From assembly GCA_964016885.1 (NCBI GenBank), contig OZ024748.1:16120001-16184000 (forward strand): a stretch of 64,000 nt of DNA, read 5' to 3'. Below are positions 40,976 to 55,497 of the stretch, piece by piece (position 1 is the stretch's first letter; each line of letters opens with the position of its first letter). Source of the stretch: Eledone cirrhosa. Taxonomy: Eukaryota. A program made the position numbers and the translations under genes. The notes beneath the pieces were generated by a model. It was not told the origin of the DNA. It made no database searches and was given only the letters and a program-made list of their open reading frames with translations.

Positions 40976-42980
40976 TCTGGTCAAATTGGACCAAGGAAAC
41001 AATGTTTCCATTAGCCTTTCCATTTCTGATACTATCTACTGATTTCAATTCGACATTAGGATTAGTGTTAGGGCAAAATATGTTATTTCAACTGCTACAT
41101 AAATCATTATGTTAGTCTCATATTTCAATTCTTCCTAAATTCTGATCTTAACCCATGCTACTTATACAACCAATTGCTAGTTGGAAAAAACAGATGTGGT
41201 GCTGATGACGATGATGATGATGGTGATGACGATGAAATTATGATCATGATGATGGTAAAGAGAATGAAATGATGATGATGATAATGATGATGATGGAATG
41301 ATAATGATAATTGAATGATGATAATGATGATGAAATGATGACGAGACAATGATGATGATGATGAAATGATGATGATAACAATGATAAAATGACAATGATA
41401 ATGATGATGATGATGAAATGATGATGATGACAATGATGAAATGACAATGATGATGATGACGATGATGAAATGATGACAATGAAATGCTGACGATGATGAT
41501 GAAATGACAATGATGATGATGATATAGTTATAAAATAAGACAGAAACCAAGAACATCCATAATTGTTTCTTTTTCCAAATTATCATACATCGGAATTAAA
41601 AATTGTGTTTTACTCTCATCGCATCTCATCTTAATTAGAAATTACCAACAAATAAATCAAAACTATCCTTTGCACTGTTATTTCACATCCAGTTAATTCC
41701 TAACTTCATTTATTACTTCCTTCCACCCCAAAATAGATAGAACTACCCTGGGGTATACAAACCCATCCAAAACTTGTCAAGTATATATAATATATGGATA
41801 AAGCAAAATTTAAAAAGTAAACATAACACATAAAAAAATCCAAGATAAAAATGAACAAACGAACAAAAATAAACAAAAATAAACGAAAAACAGTTATTTT
41901 TATATAAATAAACATACAGTGAAAATAGCCTTCAGTGGAGACAAATCAATCCAAGTGATAAACAAGAATTGATGCCATCTAATTAGTAACTGAATTGAAG
42001 ATTGGAATTAAAGACAAAAACCAAACCAAAATGATTAGCATAGGAGTTAGGAGACGGTTAACCAATGTAATTTATAAATCTTCCTGTCCTACTGATAACT
42101 GCTAACATTAACTTTCATCAGTGATGAAAGTTAATGCTTCTTTTTAGAATATTCACAGAAAATAAATTAGATAAGAAAATGACAATTATCTAGAACCATC
42201 TTTAAATTATGCACACATATACACAAACATACATATGCAGGGAATACAACACACACACACACAGAGCACACATTCAGAGAATAAAACACATACACACAAA
42301 CACACATACACAGGGAATAAAACACAAACATACAGGCACATATACAATGAGAATAAAACACACACATAGACGCACACACAGGCACACATTCAGAGAATAA
42401 AACACACACACAGACTCACACATAGGCACACTTGCAGAGATCAAAACACGTGCATACATACACACACACATATGAATAAAGACAGAGACACATATACACA
42501 AATACACATGTACATATACACAAACACACAGACTCAAACACACATACAAACACAGACACACAGATTCAAATGGAGACACGAACACATACAGACACAAATA
42601 CATACACACATTCAGATTCAAAAGCACATACACAAACATACACACACACACAAGCGCACAGACACATGTACACACATGTATACACATAACTACACACAAA
42701 CATACACAGACACACATACAAACATGTGTACAAATAGTTACACACAAACACAAATAAAAACAGTTGCACACATGTACATATATGCACTGTACGCATAAAG
42801 TAACGGAATGCTTAAAAAGAAAATTAAATATATACATGCAGAACCAAAATATCCAAAGAAAATTAACACTTCGCAAAATAGATACAATCTTATTTTAGGA
42901 AATTAAAATGAAATATATTTATATATATATATATATATTTACATACACACACACATATGTATATGTGTATGCACACACAC

Positions 42981-43212
42981 ATATATATATGAATAAATAA
43001 ATATATATAAATATATGTCAATATATATCTATATATCTATATATATATAAATATATACATAGCCATATATATGTCTAAGTGTGTGTGTGTATATACATAT
43101 ATATATATATATATACACACACATACTTAGACATATATATGGCTATGTATATATCTATATATATATAGATATATAGATATATATTGACATATATTTATAT
43201 ATATTTATTTAT

Positions 43213-43224
<12 letters not shown>
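42981..43224. repeat. Inverted duplication (~115-bp arms) of degenerate AT microsatellite
   Basis: Landmarks aataaataaa, tgtcaata and catagccatatatatgtctaagt are mirrored around a central (TA)n near 43100. Confidence 0.85.
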
Positions 43225-43251
<27 letters not shown>

Positions 43252-43269
43252 GCCATATATATGTCTATA

Positions 43270-43307
<38 letters not shown>

Positions 43308-43904
43308 AACTCCTAAACAACATATATATATTTATATAGATATCAATATGCACACACACACACACATATATATATATATGTACATATATATATACATATA
43401 TATATATATGTACATATGTATATACATATTTATAAATATATATATATATATGTACATATATATATATATATATACTTATATATATTTATATTTATATATA
43501 AAGAGAGAGGGAGAAGCAGGGGATATTGAAAATTAAATTTAAACCAAATCTATGTTCAGAGACAAACAGAAACATATTTCTGATTCATAGCGTTATCATT
43601 GTAAATAAAATGAGAAAAATTTTTGCGATTTCAGACGAGTTTTAATTTTGGTTTAACAATTTCTAACCAAATTATCGAATCTGGTTGAAATGAGTAACTA
43701 AAAAAAAAGTGAATATAAAAGCAAGAGTTTCTTGTTTACTGCTGATCTCTGCAGAAGCAATTAATTTTCAGAGAAATAACTTTAAAAAAAATGTAAAAAG
43801 ACAACTGAAAATTAATAAAATAGTAATTGCAGTTTGTGTTACATACACCAACACTATATCTAACTATCTGTCTATCTATATATATATATATATATATATA
43901 AATT

Positions 43905-44372
43905 CCGACCTCACACACTTACACCTCTCCAAGACAATGTCACTGGACCGAGATCTTTGGTGCTACACAGTCATACAGAAGATCCGCCTTGCCTAAGTAC
44001 AAAGCGAAACCTACAGTCAGTAGGCACCTCTAACAAAATACACCCCGTCCCACTACCCCCACCCCATCCACACCACCCCTTTATATGTGAAGTTATGTTG
44101 GTACCACAACATCCAGTCCAAAACAAATGAGGTCGTGTAGGTGTCACGACAAAAAAACACACAGTCCACGCTGTAATGTGGCCGTGTAGGTAACACGGTA
44201 AAAACCTCCCAGTCCACACTGTAAACGTAGTTGGTGTTAGGAAGGGCATCCAGCCGTAGAAAACCCGCCAGACAGTCCTATATGAGCAAGACAACAAATC
44301 TTGCCTCAAGTGGGACAACTCCCGTTCAAACCCATGCAAGCGTGGAAGATGGACGTTAAACGATGATGATGA
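43905..44372 (+). mobile_element. RTE LINE 3' end and 3' UTR; close relative at ~45370-45797
   Basis: DLTHLHLSKTMSLDRDLW followed by the aggaagggcatccagccgtagaaa domain and (GAT)n tail. Confidence 0.8.
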
Positions 44373-44811
44373 TATATATATATAGATAGATAGATAATTA
44401 TAGATATATAGATATAGACCGATCATGATTTTACGAGTTTAAACTAGTAAGACAATTGTTGAGCAGAGTACTCAATACTTACAATGGTAGAGTGTAGTCT
44501 GGAATTTGCTTACTGTCGAATGACAAGAACTCTGCAGACGGGTCCTAATCTCTACTATATATATGTGTGTGAGTATGTCTGTGTGCGTGTGTGTGTGTAT
44601 ATATATATATATAGATGTGTTGATCTATGTATGTAAGACAAACTGCACTTTCTACGTATATATAACAAAGAGGATGTGATAAGATACCAGGTGGACCATA
44701 ATGCACCAGAGTACTCGATACTTAGGGTAGTAGAGTGGGTAATATGAAAAGATTAAGGACCCCGACGGCTGAGCTCCGGCCATTTCGACAGCTAGATCCA
44801 TATATATATAT

Positions 44812-45205
44812 GGCACATGGCTTAGTGGTTAAAGCATTAAGCTTGCAATCAAAAGGTTGTGAGTTCAATTCTCAGACCGGGTGATGTGTTGTTTCCTTGA
44901 GCAAGACACTTTATTTAACATTGCTCCAGTTTACTCAGCTGTAGAAATTAGATGATAGGGGCTGGGGTCCTTATCATTCCACTGAAAAGTGGTTGTGGAG
45001 GTGCCACGGCAAAAAAGCACCCAGCACTCACTGTAAAGTGGTTGTGGAGGTGCCACGGCACAAAAGCACCCAGCACTCACTGTAAATGAGGTTGGTGTTA
45101 GGAAGGGCATCCAGCTGTAGAAATCAAGCCAGAATCAGTTCCCATCCCACCCTTGCTAGTAGGGAAAAAGCGGACGTAAAATGAAATGATGATGATGATG
45201 AAATG
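44812..45205 (+). mobile_element. Full-length family B SINE (tRNA head, core, RTE-like 3' UTR tail); inverse copy at ~47921-48245
   Basis: Head as at 26761, followed by the aggaagggcatccagctgtag domain and (ATG)n tail. Confidence 0.85.
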
Positions 45206-45811
45206 ATATATATATATATATATTTATATATAACAAAAAGGGTGTGGTAAGATTCCAGGTGGACCATAACGCACCAAAGTAAATGGCAGGAGCTCAGCCA
45301 TCGGGGTCCTGAATCTTTTCATATATATGTATATATATATATGTGTATATGCAAGGTGTGTGTGAATATACTGGACCGAGATCTTTGGCGGTACTCAGTA
45401 AAAGAGAAGACCCGCCTTACCTGAAATACAAAGTAAAACCTACTACAGTCAGTAGGCATCTCTAACAAACCCCCCCCATCCACACCACCCTTTCAATGTA
45501 AAGTTATGTTGGTCCCACAACATCCAGGCCGAAACAAATGAGGTCGTGTAGGTGTCACGACAAAAAAACACACAGTCCACGCTGTAATGTGGCCGTGTAG
45601 GCAACACGGTAAAAACCTCCCAGACCCACACTGTAAACGTGGTTGGTGTTAGGAAGGGCATCCAGCCGTAGAAAACCCGCCAGACAGTCCTATGCGAGCA
45701 AGACAACCAATCTTGCCTCAAGTGGGAAAACTCCCGTCCAAACCCATGCTAGCGTGGAAGATGGACGTTAAACAATGATGATGATGATGATGATGATATA
45801 TAATAATAATA

Positions 45812-45906
45812 ATTGTTTCTACTTTAGGCACAAGGCCAGAAATTACCCAGTGCATTACTGGTACTTTATTTTATCGACTCCGTAAGGATGAAAGGCAAAG
45901 TCAACC

Positions 45907-45942
<36 letters not shown>

Positions 45943-46712
45943 GTTATTGTTTCTACTTTTGGCACAAGGTCAGAAATTTGAAGGGAAGAGGAGTGGTGAT
46001 TAAATTGCATCTTGCATGTAATTAAAATAAAGTACCAGTAATTAACTGAGGTCAATTTAATCACATTTCCATTCCTGTCAAATTGCTAGCTTTGTGCCAA
46101 AAGTAGAAACAAGGCTCTTGCCATTCTGAGTTCAAATCCCGCTGAGGTTAACTTTGCCTTTCATCCTTACGGGGGTCGATAAAATAAAGTACCAGTAATA
46201 CACTGGGGAAACTGCTGGCCTTGTGCCAAAAGTAGAAACAATTGTTATTATTACTTTTAATATTAGGATGGTAGATTAGCAATACGGTAGAGTGTCGGGC
46301 AGTATGCTTTATAGCATAAGGTTACACTAATCCTAACCCTTTACGATCCGAGGTCAAATCCCGCTGAGGTTAACTTTGGCTTTCATCCTTACGGGGTCGA
46401 TAAAATAAAGTACCACTAATGTACTTGTGTCGATTTAATCGATCTTTCCCTTTCCCTTCAAATTGCTGGCTTTCTGCCAAACGTAGAAACAATTCTTCTT
46501 CTTCTTATTATTATTATTATTATAGGGCGGTGGATTGGCACTATCAGTAGAGGGTCGGACGCCATGCTTTCCAGCATAGTTACGTCCCTTTACGATCTGA
46601 GTTCAAATCCCGCCGAGGTTGATTTTGCCTTTCATCCTTACGGGGTCGATAAAATAAAGTACCAGTAATGCACTTTGTAATTGCTGGCCTTGTGCCTAAA
46701 TAGAAACAATTA
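45812..46712. mobile_element. Cluster of about 5-6 family A SINE copies and fragments in both orientations
   Basis: Repeated consensus core separated by (TAA)/(TTA)n. Confidence 0.85.
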
Positions 46713-47367
46713 TTTATTATTATTATTAGCACCATTAGTAGCATACAAGGACATAAAACAACAGAACATGAGGTTTACATTGAGTGAAAGAAAGAGGACA
46801 TCAACAGCAACCAAGCCCCCCCCCCCAAAAAAAAAAATAAACTGTAGATTTAACAACAATAACAATAACAACAGTAACAATTGCAGCCACAACCGAAAAT
46901 GTCCTGTCAAAATATTTTGTCAATAAATAATGGAACCATGTCTCTAAGATTGCATAAAAGCCACTGCATCAATACAAGAATCCAGTGAGCATTTTACAAG
47001 AAGCATTTAGTTGTTTATTTTTGGTATGACCTTTCACTCAGAAAAAAATGTCCACCTTACTTACTTTTAGGTTATTCTGTAGACCTAAACAAATGATATT
47101 TTTGAAAGATGCTATTTTTTCTATTTTTGAAAGTAAATAAATAAAAAGTATATATATATATATATTTCCCAAAAGAAAAGATCACATGGGTTATCTAAAG
47201 CAATAAATATATAAATATATAAACAAATATATAAACAAATATATAAACAAACAAACAAATATATATACATACATATAGATATAGATATATATGTGTGTGT
47301 GTGTGTGTATAATAAAATGAAATGAAGTGATATAGCAATATTTTTTTAAATCAAAATATATGAACAT

Positions 47368-47400
<33 letters not shown>

Positions 47401-48459
47401 GATATATATATATATATATATAGATAGATAGATATAGATATATATTTGCACACACGCACACACATACATAGATACATATATGCATACATACATACATACA
47501 TACATGCATGCATGCATGCATACATGAATATAGATCTGCTTTAGAGAATTTTTGCCAAAATAGATATGTTAGTGAGCCTTGGTGGCATTTATCCTCAAAT
47601 GCTTTTAAGAAAAGTATTCTAACTACATACACTAAAGCTGGTAAATTAAGATAGCAATACTATTATATTTACTGCAAGAAGTATTGTTGGAAAACAAGCA
47701 GTAATACATGGATACACATTTATCTTTTTTGCATGACGTAAATGCTAATTTATCAAAAATAGGTATTTTAAGGGCAAAGGTAATGTTGCTATTTATCGGC
47801 ATTACGTGTTGGCAGTAAAAAAAAGTCTGTTTTCAAAGCAATAAAACAACAGCTTTCATATTTAGTTTGCTTAGGTTTTGCAGTTTTGCCTTATATTATA
47901 TATATATATATCTATGTTTATCATCATCATCATCATTTCATTTTACGTCCGCTTTTCCCTGCTTGCAAGGGTGGGATCGGAACTAATTCTGGCTTGATTT
48001 CTACAGCTGGATGCCCTTCCTAACACCAACCTCATTTACAGTGAGTGCTGGGTGCTTTTTTGCCGTGGCGCCTCCATGACCACTTTGCAGTGGAATGATA
48101 TGGACCCCAGTCCCTATCATCTCATTTCTACAGCTGAGTAAACTGGAGCAATGTGAAATAAAGGAAACAACACATCACCCGGTCTGAGAATTGAACTCAC
48201 AACCTTTTGATTGCAAGGCCAATGCTCAAACCAGTAAGCCATGTTGCTCCATTATATATATATGTATGTATATGTGTATGTGTATGCATACATATATATA
48301 TATGTATAAATATATGTATGTATGTGTGTATATATATACATATAATATATATATATATATATACATACATATATTTATACGTATACACATATATATATAT
48401 ATATATATGTATATACGTATAAATATATGTATGTGTATATATATATATACGTGTGTATA

Positions 48460-48811
48460 ATGGTAGCTATGGTGCTTCCATAGGTGGTATGCCAAAATTA
48501 GCACTCAATATTCATACAGAGCAGAGTGTGGATAGTATAAAAAAATGAAAAATCAGTGATGCATCTGGACTCAGTTTATTGCGTGTTACAATTGTTTCAC
48601 TGGCAGGTAGCTCGATACATGATCACTGTATGGATCTGGCTGATTCTACGGCTGCAGGTTCCTTCAGACACAGGCAATTCGTTCAGAGCAAATTTTCTCA
48701 TTGACGATAACATCCTAGTGAGAAATTTTGCTCCGAACGAATTGCCTGTGTCTGTGGGAACCTGCAGCCGTAGAATCAGCCAGATCCATACAGTGATCAT
48801 GTCTTGAGCTA
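48460..48811. mobile_element. Palindromic TA-flanked element (~95-bp arms plus one-sided extension) with a degenerate hammerhead-like motif at 48583-48671 (-)
   Basis: Arms 48608-48702 / 48717-48811; minus strand gtgt CTGAAGG ...long insert... GAAA caattg TA acac. Confidence 0.65.
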
Positions 48812-49009
48812 TATATATATATGCATATATATGTATATATTATATTCTATTATATTATACGATCTGAGTTCAAATCCCGCCGAGGTTGACTTTGTCTTTC
48901 ATCTTTACGGGGTCGATAAAATAAAGTACCAGTATAAAACTGGGTAATTGCTGGCCTTGTGCCTAAAGTGGAAACAATTATATTATATTATATAAATATA
49001 TGTTCTAAA

Positions 49010-49382
49010 ACTGAAGGGGAAATAGTAAACTGTTCTGCATGTGTGAGAAATATCATGATTTATGTAAATGAGACATGGGTGATGAACACAGAGCACAAAA
49101 GAAGGTTAGAAAGAATTGAAACAAGAATGGTTTGGTTGATACAAGCAGGGTGGAAATAGAGACAGTCATAAATGTTGTGAAAAGAAATGAAATGAGATGG
49201 TTTGCTCATTTGTTGAGGAAAGTTGAAAGTGACTGGGTGAAAGGAATACAGCCTGAAGTGAATGTTGTACGGAGAAATGGAATGAGATGGTTCGCTCATG
49301 TGTTGAGGAAGAATAGAATAGCCTAGGTGAACAGAACACAACTAGTGATGAATTTTGTAAAGAGAAATTGAATGAGATGGCT
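49010..49382 (+). mobile_element. Degenerate RTE-like LINE fragment with local tandem duplication
   Basis: ETWVMNTEHKRRLERIETRMVW and repeated RN.MRWFAH(L/V)LRK. Confidence 0.6.
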
Positions 49383-49544
49383 AGATCTATCTAAAAACCA
49401 TCTATTATAGTTTTATGTACGAATATTTGTTAAGTGAAGCTCAAAAACACTAAATTAAAATAGAGAAAGTTATTTATTTTACTAAATCTCATGAAATTAT
49501 TATTTTCATAATTATTTGAAAATCATATCGTAGCACCAAAACAT

Positions 49545-49940
49545 CCAACTAACAGGTTGGACTGTATGCTTTTTGTTGTGTCACCAACACGACCATTTTA
49601 CAGAATGGTCTGGGAACATTTTGGTTTGTCACTAGCTCAAACACTTTACAGGGTGGATTGGGTGCTTTTTGTTATATCTCCAACATGACCACTTTACAGG
49701 GTTGATTGAGTGCTTTTTGTTGTGTCACTAACATGACCACTGTACAGGGTGGACTGTGTACTTTTTATTGTGTCCCCAACACAACCACTTTACAGTGCAG
49801 TCTGGGAGTATTTTGTTGTGTCACTAGCACAAGCACTTTATGAGTGGACTGAGCACTTCTTGTCATGTCTCCAACATAACCACATTACATGGTGAATTAG
49901 GTGCTATTTGTTGTATCTCCAACATGACCACTTTACAGGT
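49545..49940 (-). repeat. ~45-bp minisatellite expanded from the RTE 3' UTR repeat unit
   Basis: Unit accactttacagggtggactgggtgctttttgttgtgtcac.aacatg. Confidence 0.8.
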
Positions 49941-50769
49941 GTCATATCACCAACTCGATCATCAAAATCATAGGCAGTATATTGCATAAGAAATATGGTA
50001 CCGACAGTGTTAAACAGCTTATATTTATCTAAAAACCTATTATAGTTTTATGTCAGAATATTTGTTAATTTATGCTTGATAACACTCGATTAATAAAGGG
50101 AAAAACACTTATTTTACTAAATCCCAACAAAATTCTAATTTTTAAAGTTATTTGCAAATCATAGGCTGTGTCTTTCATAAGAAATATGGTAATGAAAGGG
50201 TCAAAGAGTTGACTGTTTATAATTATATCAGAATTGACAACATCCTTCCCATCCATGTTTTGCATGGAAAGCTGGATTTGACAGAGCTGACTGCTGATAG
50301 TCTGCTTATATGTTATTAATCTCTTTATATTTAGAATCTTTATATACTGAGATATATATCCACGTCTGAAGAATTGGTTTTGCTTTGTTTTATAGATTTA
50401 AGCCATTATGAATTTGAATTTAAGCCTGTTATATTCCTGTGATAATATTTATTGTTTCTTCAGCACTCAATGCCAAATGCAGCAGAAAAATGGTAAAAAT
50501 GGAGGCAGCGGTGGAAATTTAAAACATCGCAGGTACTAAAATAAACTAAATAATTGAAATAGAAAATAGAAAAATAAAAATTTCTTCTACTTGTTGTTGC
50601 TGTTGATGTAATTATTATCATTGTTTTTATTATTGTTGTCATCATCATCATCATCATCATTATAATCATCATCATTATCATTATTATCATCCTTATTATT
50701 ATTATTATTGATGTTGTCTTTATCATCATCGACACCACCATTATCATTATTATCATTATTATTATTATT

Positions 50770-51148
50770 GGCGGTAGATTGGCAGTATCGGTAGAGGGTC
50801 GGACGCCATGCTTTCCAGCATAGAGTTACGTCCCTTTACGATCTGAGTTCAAATCCCACCGAGGTTGACTTTGCCTTTCATCCTTACGGGGTCGATAAAA
50901 ATAAAGTACCAGTAATGAACTGGTTAATTGCTGGCCTTGTGCCTAAAGTAGAAACAATTATTATTATTGGCAGTATTGGTAGAAGGTCGGATGCCATGCT
51001 TTGCAGTATAGAGTTACAGCCCTTTATGTTCTTAGTTCAAATGCCGCCTAGGTTAACTTTGCCTTTCATCCTTATGGGGTCGATAAAAATAAAAGTACCA
51101 GTAATGTACTGGGGTAATTGATGGCCTAGTGCCAAAAGTAAAAACAAT
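50770..51148 (+). mobile_element. Two tandem family A SINEs
   Basis: Consensus match with a (TTA)n spacer. Confidence 0.88.
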
Positions 51149-51149
51149 T

Positions 51150-51675
51150 ATTATGATTACTATCATAACTATCATCATTATTATTATTATCATAACCATC
51201 ATCATAACAATCATCATCCTTATTAGTATCATAACCATCATCATAACAATCATCATCATCATCCTTATTACTATCATAACCATCATCATAACAATCACCA
51301 TCATCATCCTTATTACTATCATAACCATCATCATAACAATCATCATCATCATTATTACTATGATAACAATCATCATACTCATCATCATTATTACTATCAT
51401 AACCATCATCATAACAATCATCATCATCATCATTATTACTATGATAACAATCATCATCATCATCATTATTACTATCATAACCATCATCATAATCATTATC
51501 ATTATTACTATCATAACCATCATCATCATCATTATTACTATCATAACCATCATCATAATCATCATCATCATTATAACTATCATAACCATCATCATAACAA
51601 TCATTATTATTATTATTATTATTAATATTATTATTGTAAGTTATAATTATCGGTGTTATTATTATTACTATTGCT
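51150..51675. repeat. (ATC/ATT) compound repeat
   Basis: Direct reading. Confidence 0.93.
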
Positions 51676-52506
51676 AAGTTTAAACAGAGGAGAATAAATC
51701 TAATCCTTTAATCTTCTTACAGTAATCTCGATAAAGAAGGTAACTGTTTGTTTATTTATTTATTTGTATATTTAGTTGTTTGTTTCCGGCAGGGGAGAGG
51801 GGGGGGGGGTCTTATTTTTATATTTACTAATATTTCTGTTATTTTCTTGCATATTTTTTGTGTTTTATTTTTATTTATTTTTCTTAAATAAATTTTCCAA
51901 CTAGTTTATCTAAGCCATATGGAATTGGATTGGAAGATACTATTTTACTCTTCATTTGATCAATAATGGTCTCAGATTTTTAGATATATCTGATTGTTAT
52001 ATATGTATATATGTATGTATGTACGTGTGTGTGTATATATGTATGTGTGTGTGTATATATGAATGTATGTATGTGTGTTTGTATGTATGTACGTATGTAT
52101 GTATATATGTATGTATCTCCTACATGGATATAAAGTAGTGGCCGTACTCGAAAACGAGTTGGCAGCCACCATATATGTATGTATGCATGCATGTGTATGT
52201 ATGTATGTGTGTATTTATGTATGTATGTATATATGTTTGTATATATGTGTCTGCATGTATGATCTATCGGTGTATTGTATGTATGTGTGTATGTATATAT
52301 GTGTGTATGTATGTGTATATGTGCGTATGTATGCGTGTATATATGTGTGTATGTATGATCTATATATGTATATATGTATGTATATGTTTTAAAGTTTTTA
52401 TGTATGATTTTATGTATCTGTTTATGATTTTTTTATTTGACCTTTGAATTGAAAACTTACTGCAAAATCAAACAAAAGCAAAGTAAAACAAAACATAATA
52501 ATAATA

Positions 52507-52780
52507 ATTGTTTCTACTTTAGGCACAAGGCCAGCAATTACCCAGTGCATTGCTGGTACTTTATTTTATCGACATAATAATAATAATAATAATAATAATT
52601 GTTTCTACTTTAGGCACAAGGCCAGCAATTATCCAGTACATTACTGGTACTTTTTTTTATCGTCCTCGTAAGGATGAAAGGCAAAGTCAACCTCGGCGGG
52701 ATTTGAACTCAGATCGTAAAGGGACGTAACTATGCTGGAAAGCATGGCGTCTGACCCTCTACCGATACTGCCAATCCACC
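52507..52780 (-). mobile_element. Family A SINE plus a second 3' fragment
   Basis: Reverse-complement consensus match. Confidence 0.88.
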
Positions 52781-52849
52781 AAATAATGATAATAATAATG
52801 TAATAATACTGTTGGAAAGACACTCAGCAAGAAATGGAAACAAAACTGA

Positions 52850-52860
52850 AAGAAGAAGAA

Positions 52861-52891
<31 letters not shown>

Positions 52892-53090
52892 AAGAAGAAG
52901 AAGAAGAAGAAGAAATGAAAAAAATGAAGAAATGAAAAAGATGAAGAAAACGAAAAAGAAGAAGAAAAGAAAAATAATAAGAAGAAAACGAAAAAGAAGA
53001 TGAAGAAGAAAGCAAAGAAGAAGAAAATGAAGAAAAGAGCAATGAAGAAGAAGAAGAAGAAGAAGAAGAAGAAGAAGAAGAAGAAGAAGA
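52850..53090. repeat. (AAG)n-rich purine tract
   Basis: Direct reading. Confidence 0.95.
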
Positions 53091-53348
53091 ATATTAACAA
53101 AAATAATAAAATAACCAAAAAATATGTGATGTAAATGTGATAAAATATAATAAATCAAAAATGAAATTATTATTCTAATTTAAAGTGTGATAAGTGTAAT
53201 AAGTCTTCTTATTATGTTTGTTGTACCTGTGATATCTTTAGAAAGTTTAATGTTTTGTAAAGACATTTTGTTATTACAGACTTCTTTATGTTATTTACCT
53301 TATTCCCATGGTGTATAGTTAACTGAGTGTATATATATATATATATAT

Positions 53349-54225
53349 GGTTGAGGAAAATGTTTGTGCTGCGTGTTAAAATAATGATTTTTTTATGCAA
53401 GAATTTATTAAAAAACAACAACAACTATTCTTCAAAATAAAGACCATCATTGTCCACGACCTTCTGCCAACGACCTGCAAACTTTCGGATTTGGTCAAGG
53501 TACCAATCCTTCGGCTTTGAATCGAAAAATTCTTGACAGGCTTCTTCAACTTCATCGAATAAGACCAGAAGATCAACTCCCAGAACAACAGGTGGCTTGC
53601 TGGCTCATCTAAAGACGTGCCCAGAGTCATGCAGACAAAGTTTCCAGCAACAACATTGGTCTTAGGTGTTGTCAGCAGTCAAGGTGACGTCATGCCTCCT
53701 CACTTATTCCCTGAGGGCCTCAAGCTGAACACCGATGGCTACATCCACGTTCTGAGCGAGGTAGTAAAACCCTGGATCGACCAGGTAGCTGCAGGTAGGC
53801 CGTACGTGTGGCAGCAAGACTCAGCGCCCTGCCATACCAGCCGAAAGACCCAAGCTTGGCTGTCATAGAACTTCGTCGACAACACTTCACCTGGCATCTG
53901 GCCTCCCAGGTCGCTTGACTGCAACCCCCTTGACTTCTTTGTGTGGGGTGCAGTGGAATGAGACACCAACAGATCTAGCTGCAATACGAAAGACGATCTG
54001 AAGGCCAGCATCACAAGTCCCTTTAGTGGCCTAAGTCGGGGGACAGTGACGAAGGCCTGTAGCAGGCCGTCATCAAAGCCAATGGCGGTCTTATCGAGTG
54101 AGATCGAAAGAACAAGTCATGAAGACAAACTGACCCAAGTTTAATAATTATATCTTAAAAAATAAAACTACTGTGTTACTTTTTCCTAGACAGTAATCTT
54201 GCAAACAAATATCGTCTGCACCCTG
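53349..54225 (+). pseudogene. Deleted, decayed Tc1/mariner-superfamily transposon, DD37D (maT-type) transposase
   Basis: INSQNNRW...KFPATTLVLGVVSSQG...WQQDSAPCHTS...W..*...WPPRSLDCNPLDFFVWG; 37 residues between the last two catalytic Asp; in-frame stops; right end caccctg-TA. Confidence 0.9.
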
Positions 54226-54269
54226 TATATATATATATATAAATGAAAGGTATAGATATAAATGAAAGG

Positions 54270-54318
<49 letters not shown>

Positions 54319-54497
54319 GTATATGTATATATATATACGTATATGTTTATATATATATATATATTAGAAAGTGAGGTTTTTTTAACAAAATGAAAAAAAA
54401 AACCGAGGTGTCCTACACGAGTGAAAGTATAAGGAAAAATGATGAAATCGAAAATGCAACTGGAGTCTTTTTTTTTTAACAATATATTTATTTGGTT

Positions 54498-54535
54498 CCT
54501 TTACCGGTTTTCGCAGTTCTTGTGCTTTTCAAAGG
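54498..54535 (-). ncRNA. Possible variant or decayed hammerhead (TTGAAAA core)
   Basis: Minus strand cct TTGAAAA gca-caagaac-tgc GAAA accgg TA aagg; adjacent inverted repeat ~54548-54565 / 54585-54603; TA-flanked element. Confidence 0.35.
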
Positions 54536-55497
54536 TAGAATTGAGATGGAGGGTTTGTGGTTTTTCTTACATTGGAGATGTGCAAAAAACCACAAACCCT
54601 CCAGCTATACACATATATATACACACACACTTCTGTGTGTATGTGTGTGTATGTATATATGTGTGTGTGTTTCAGTGTGTTTATCTATCAACATATATAT
54701 AATTATATGTTTATAACACGTACACACACACATGCATATATATATATACGAGTGTGTGTGTCTGTATGTCTGTGTTTATCTATCAACATATATATAATTA
54801 TATATTTATAACACACACACATACACACATTTTTTTTGTTTTCATATATAAACAATCCTGTACCAATTTATAGATTCCTAACTGGTTCCTGGCACTATTA
54901 TTACTCTGAGAATTCTATTTCTTCAGATAGAAAAGAAACCAATAGAATGAATTAATTGACCTTCATATTACCAGGAGGTTTCCACTTCGTTTTGCTGACT
55001 ATCGAATATAATATTGTTGTGAAGAATACAGAACCGATATATCTTCTCTTCCATTGTGACAGCAACACATTTTATACACAATATTAGATTTATTTGCGTA
55101 ATATTGTCACAGAAGTTGTTCCCTTGTTAAAAGAGATTTCCATTATACAAAATACTTAATAAAGAGCAAAGCAAGAAGAACGATTTCCTAAAAATTGTGT
55201 TCTTTTATATCATGCTGTAATATCGGATATATTATTGAAAATATTTTTAATATATTTTTCTAAAATATTAATAATAAATGCTTTCCATTTATTACAATAA
55301 ATCCTTCTCTATTTGAAACTGTTTTGATGGTAGTAACGGTGTCAGTTATGATTGGAACAATCCCTTCAGGGGGATAACAGTTGTGGCAAGACCTAATATC
55401 AAACAATATCATATTCAGAGCTATTTATTATTAACTGTGTTTTCATCTTGAGCAATAAATATAAAACAGCCATTGTGGCAATGCCTTGACTTCACAT

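Noticed and set aside
54965-55190. Unique-looking segment bounded by AG/GT on the minus strand
   Set aside because: All frames contain stops; a non-coding exon cannot be supported from sequence alone.
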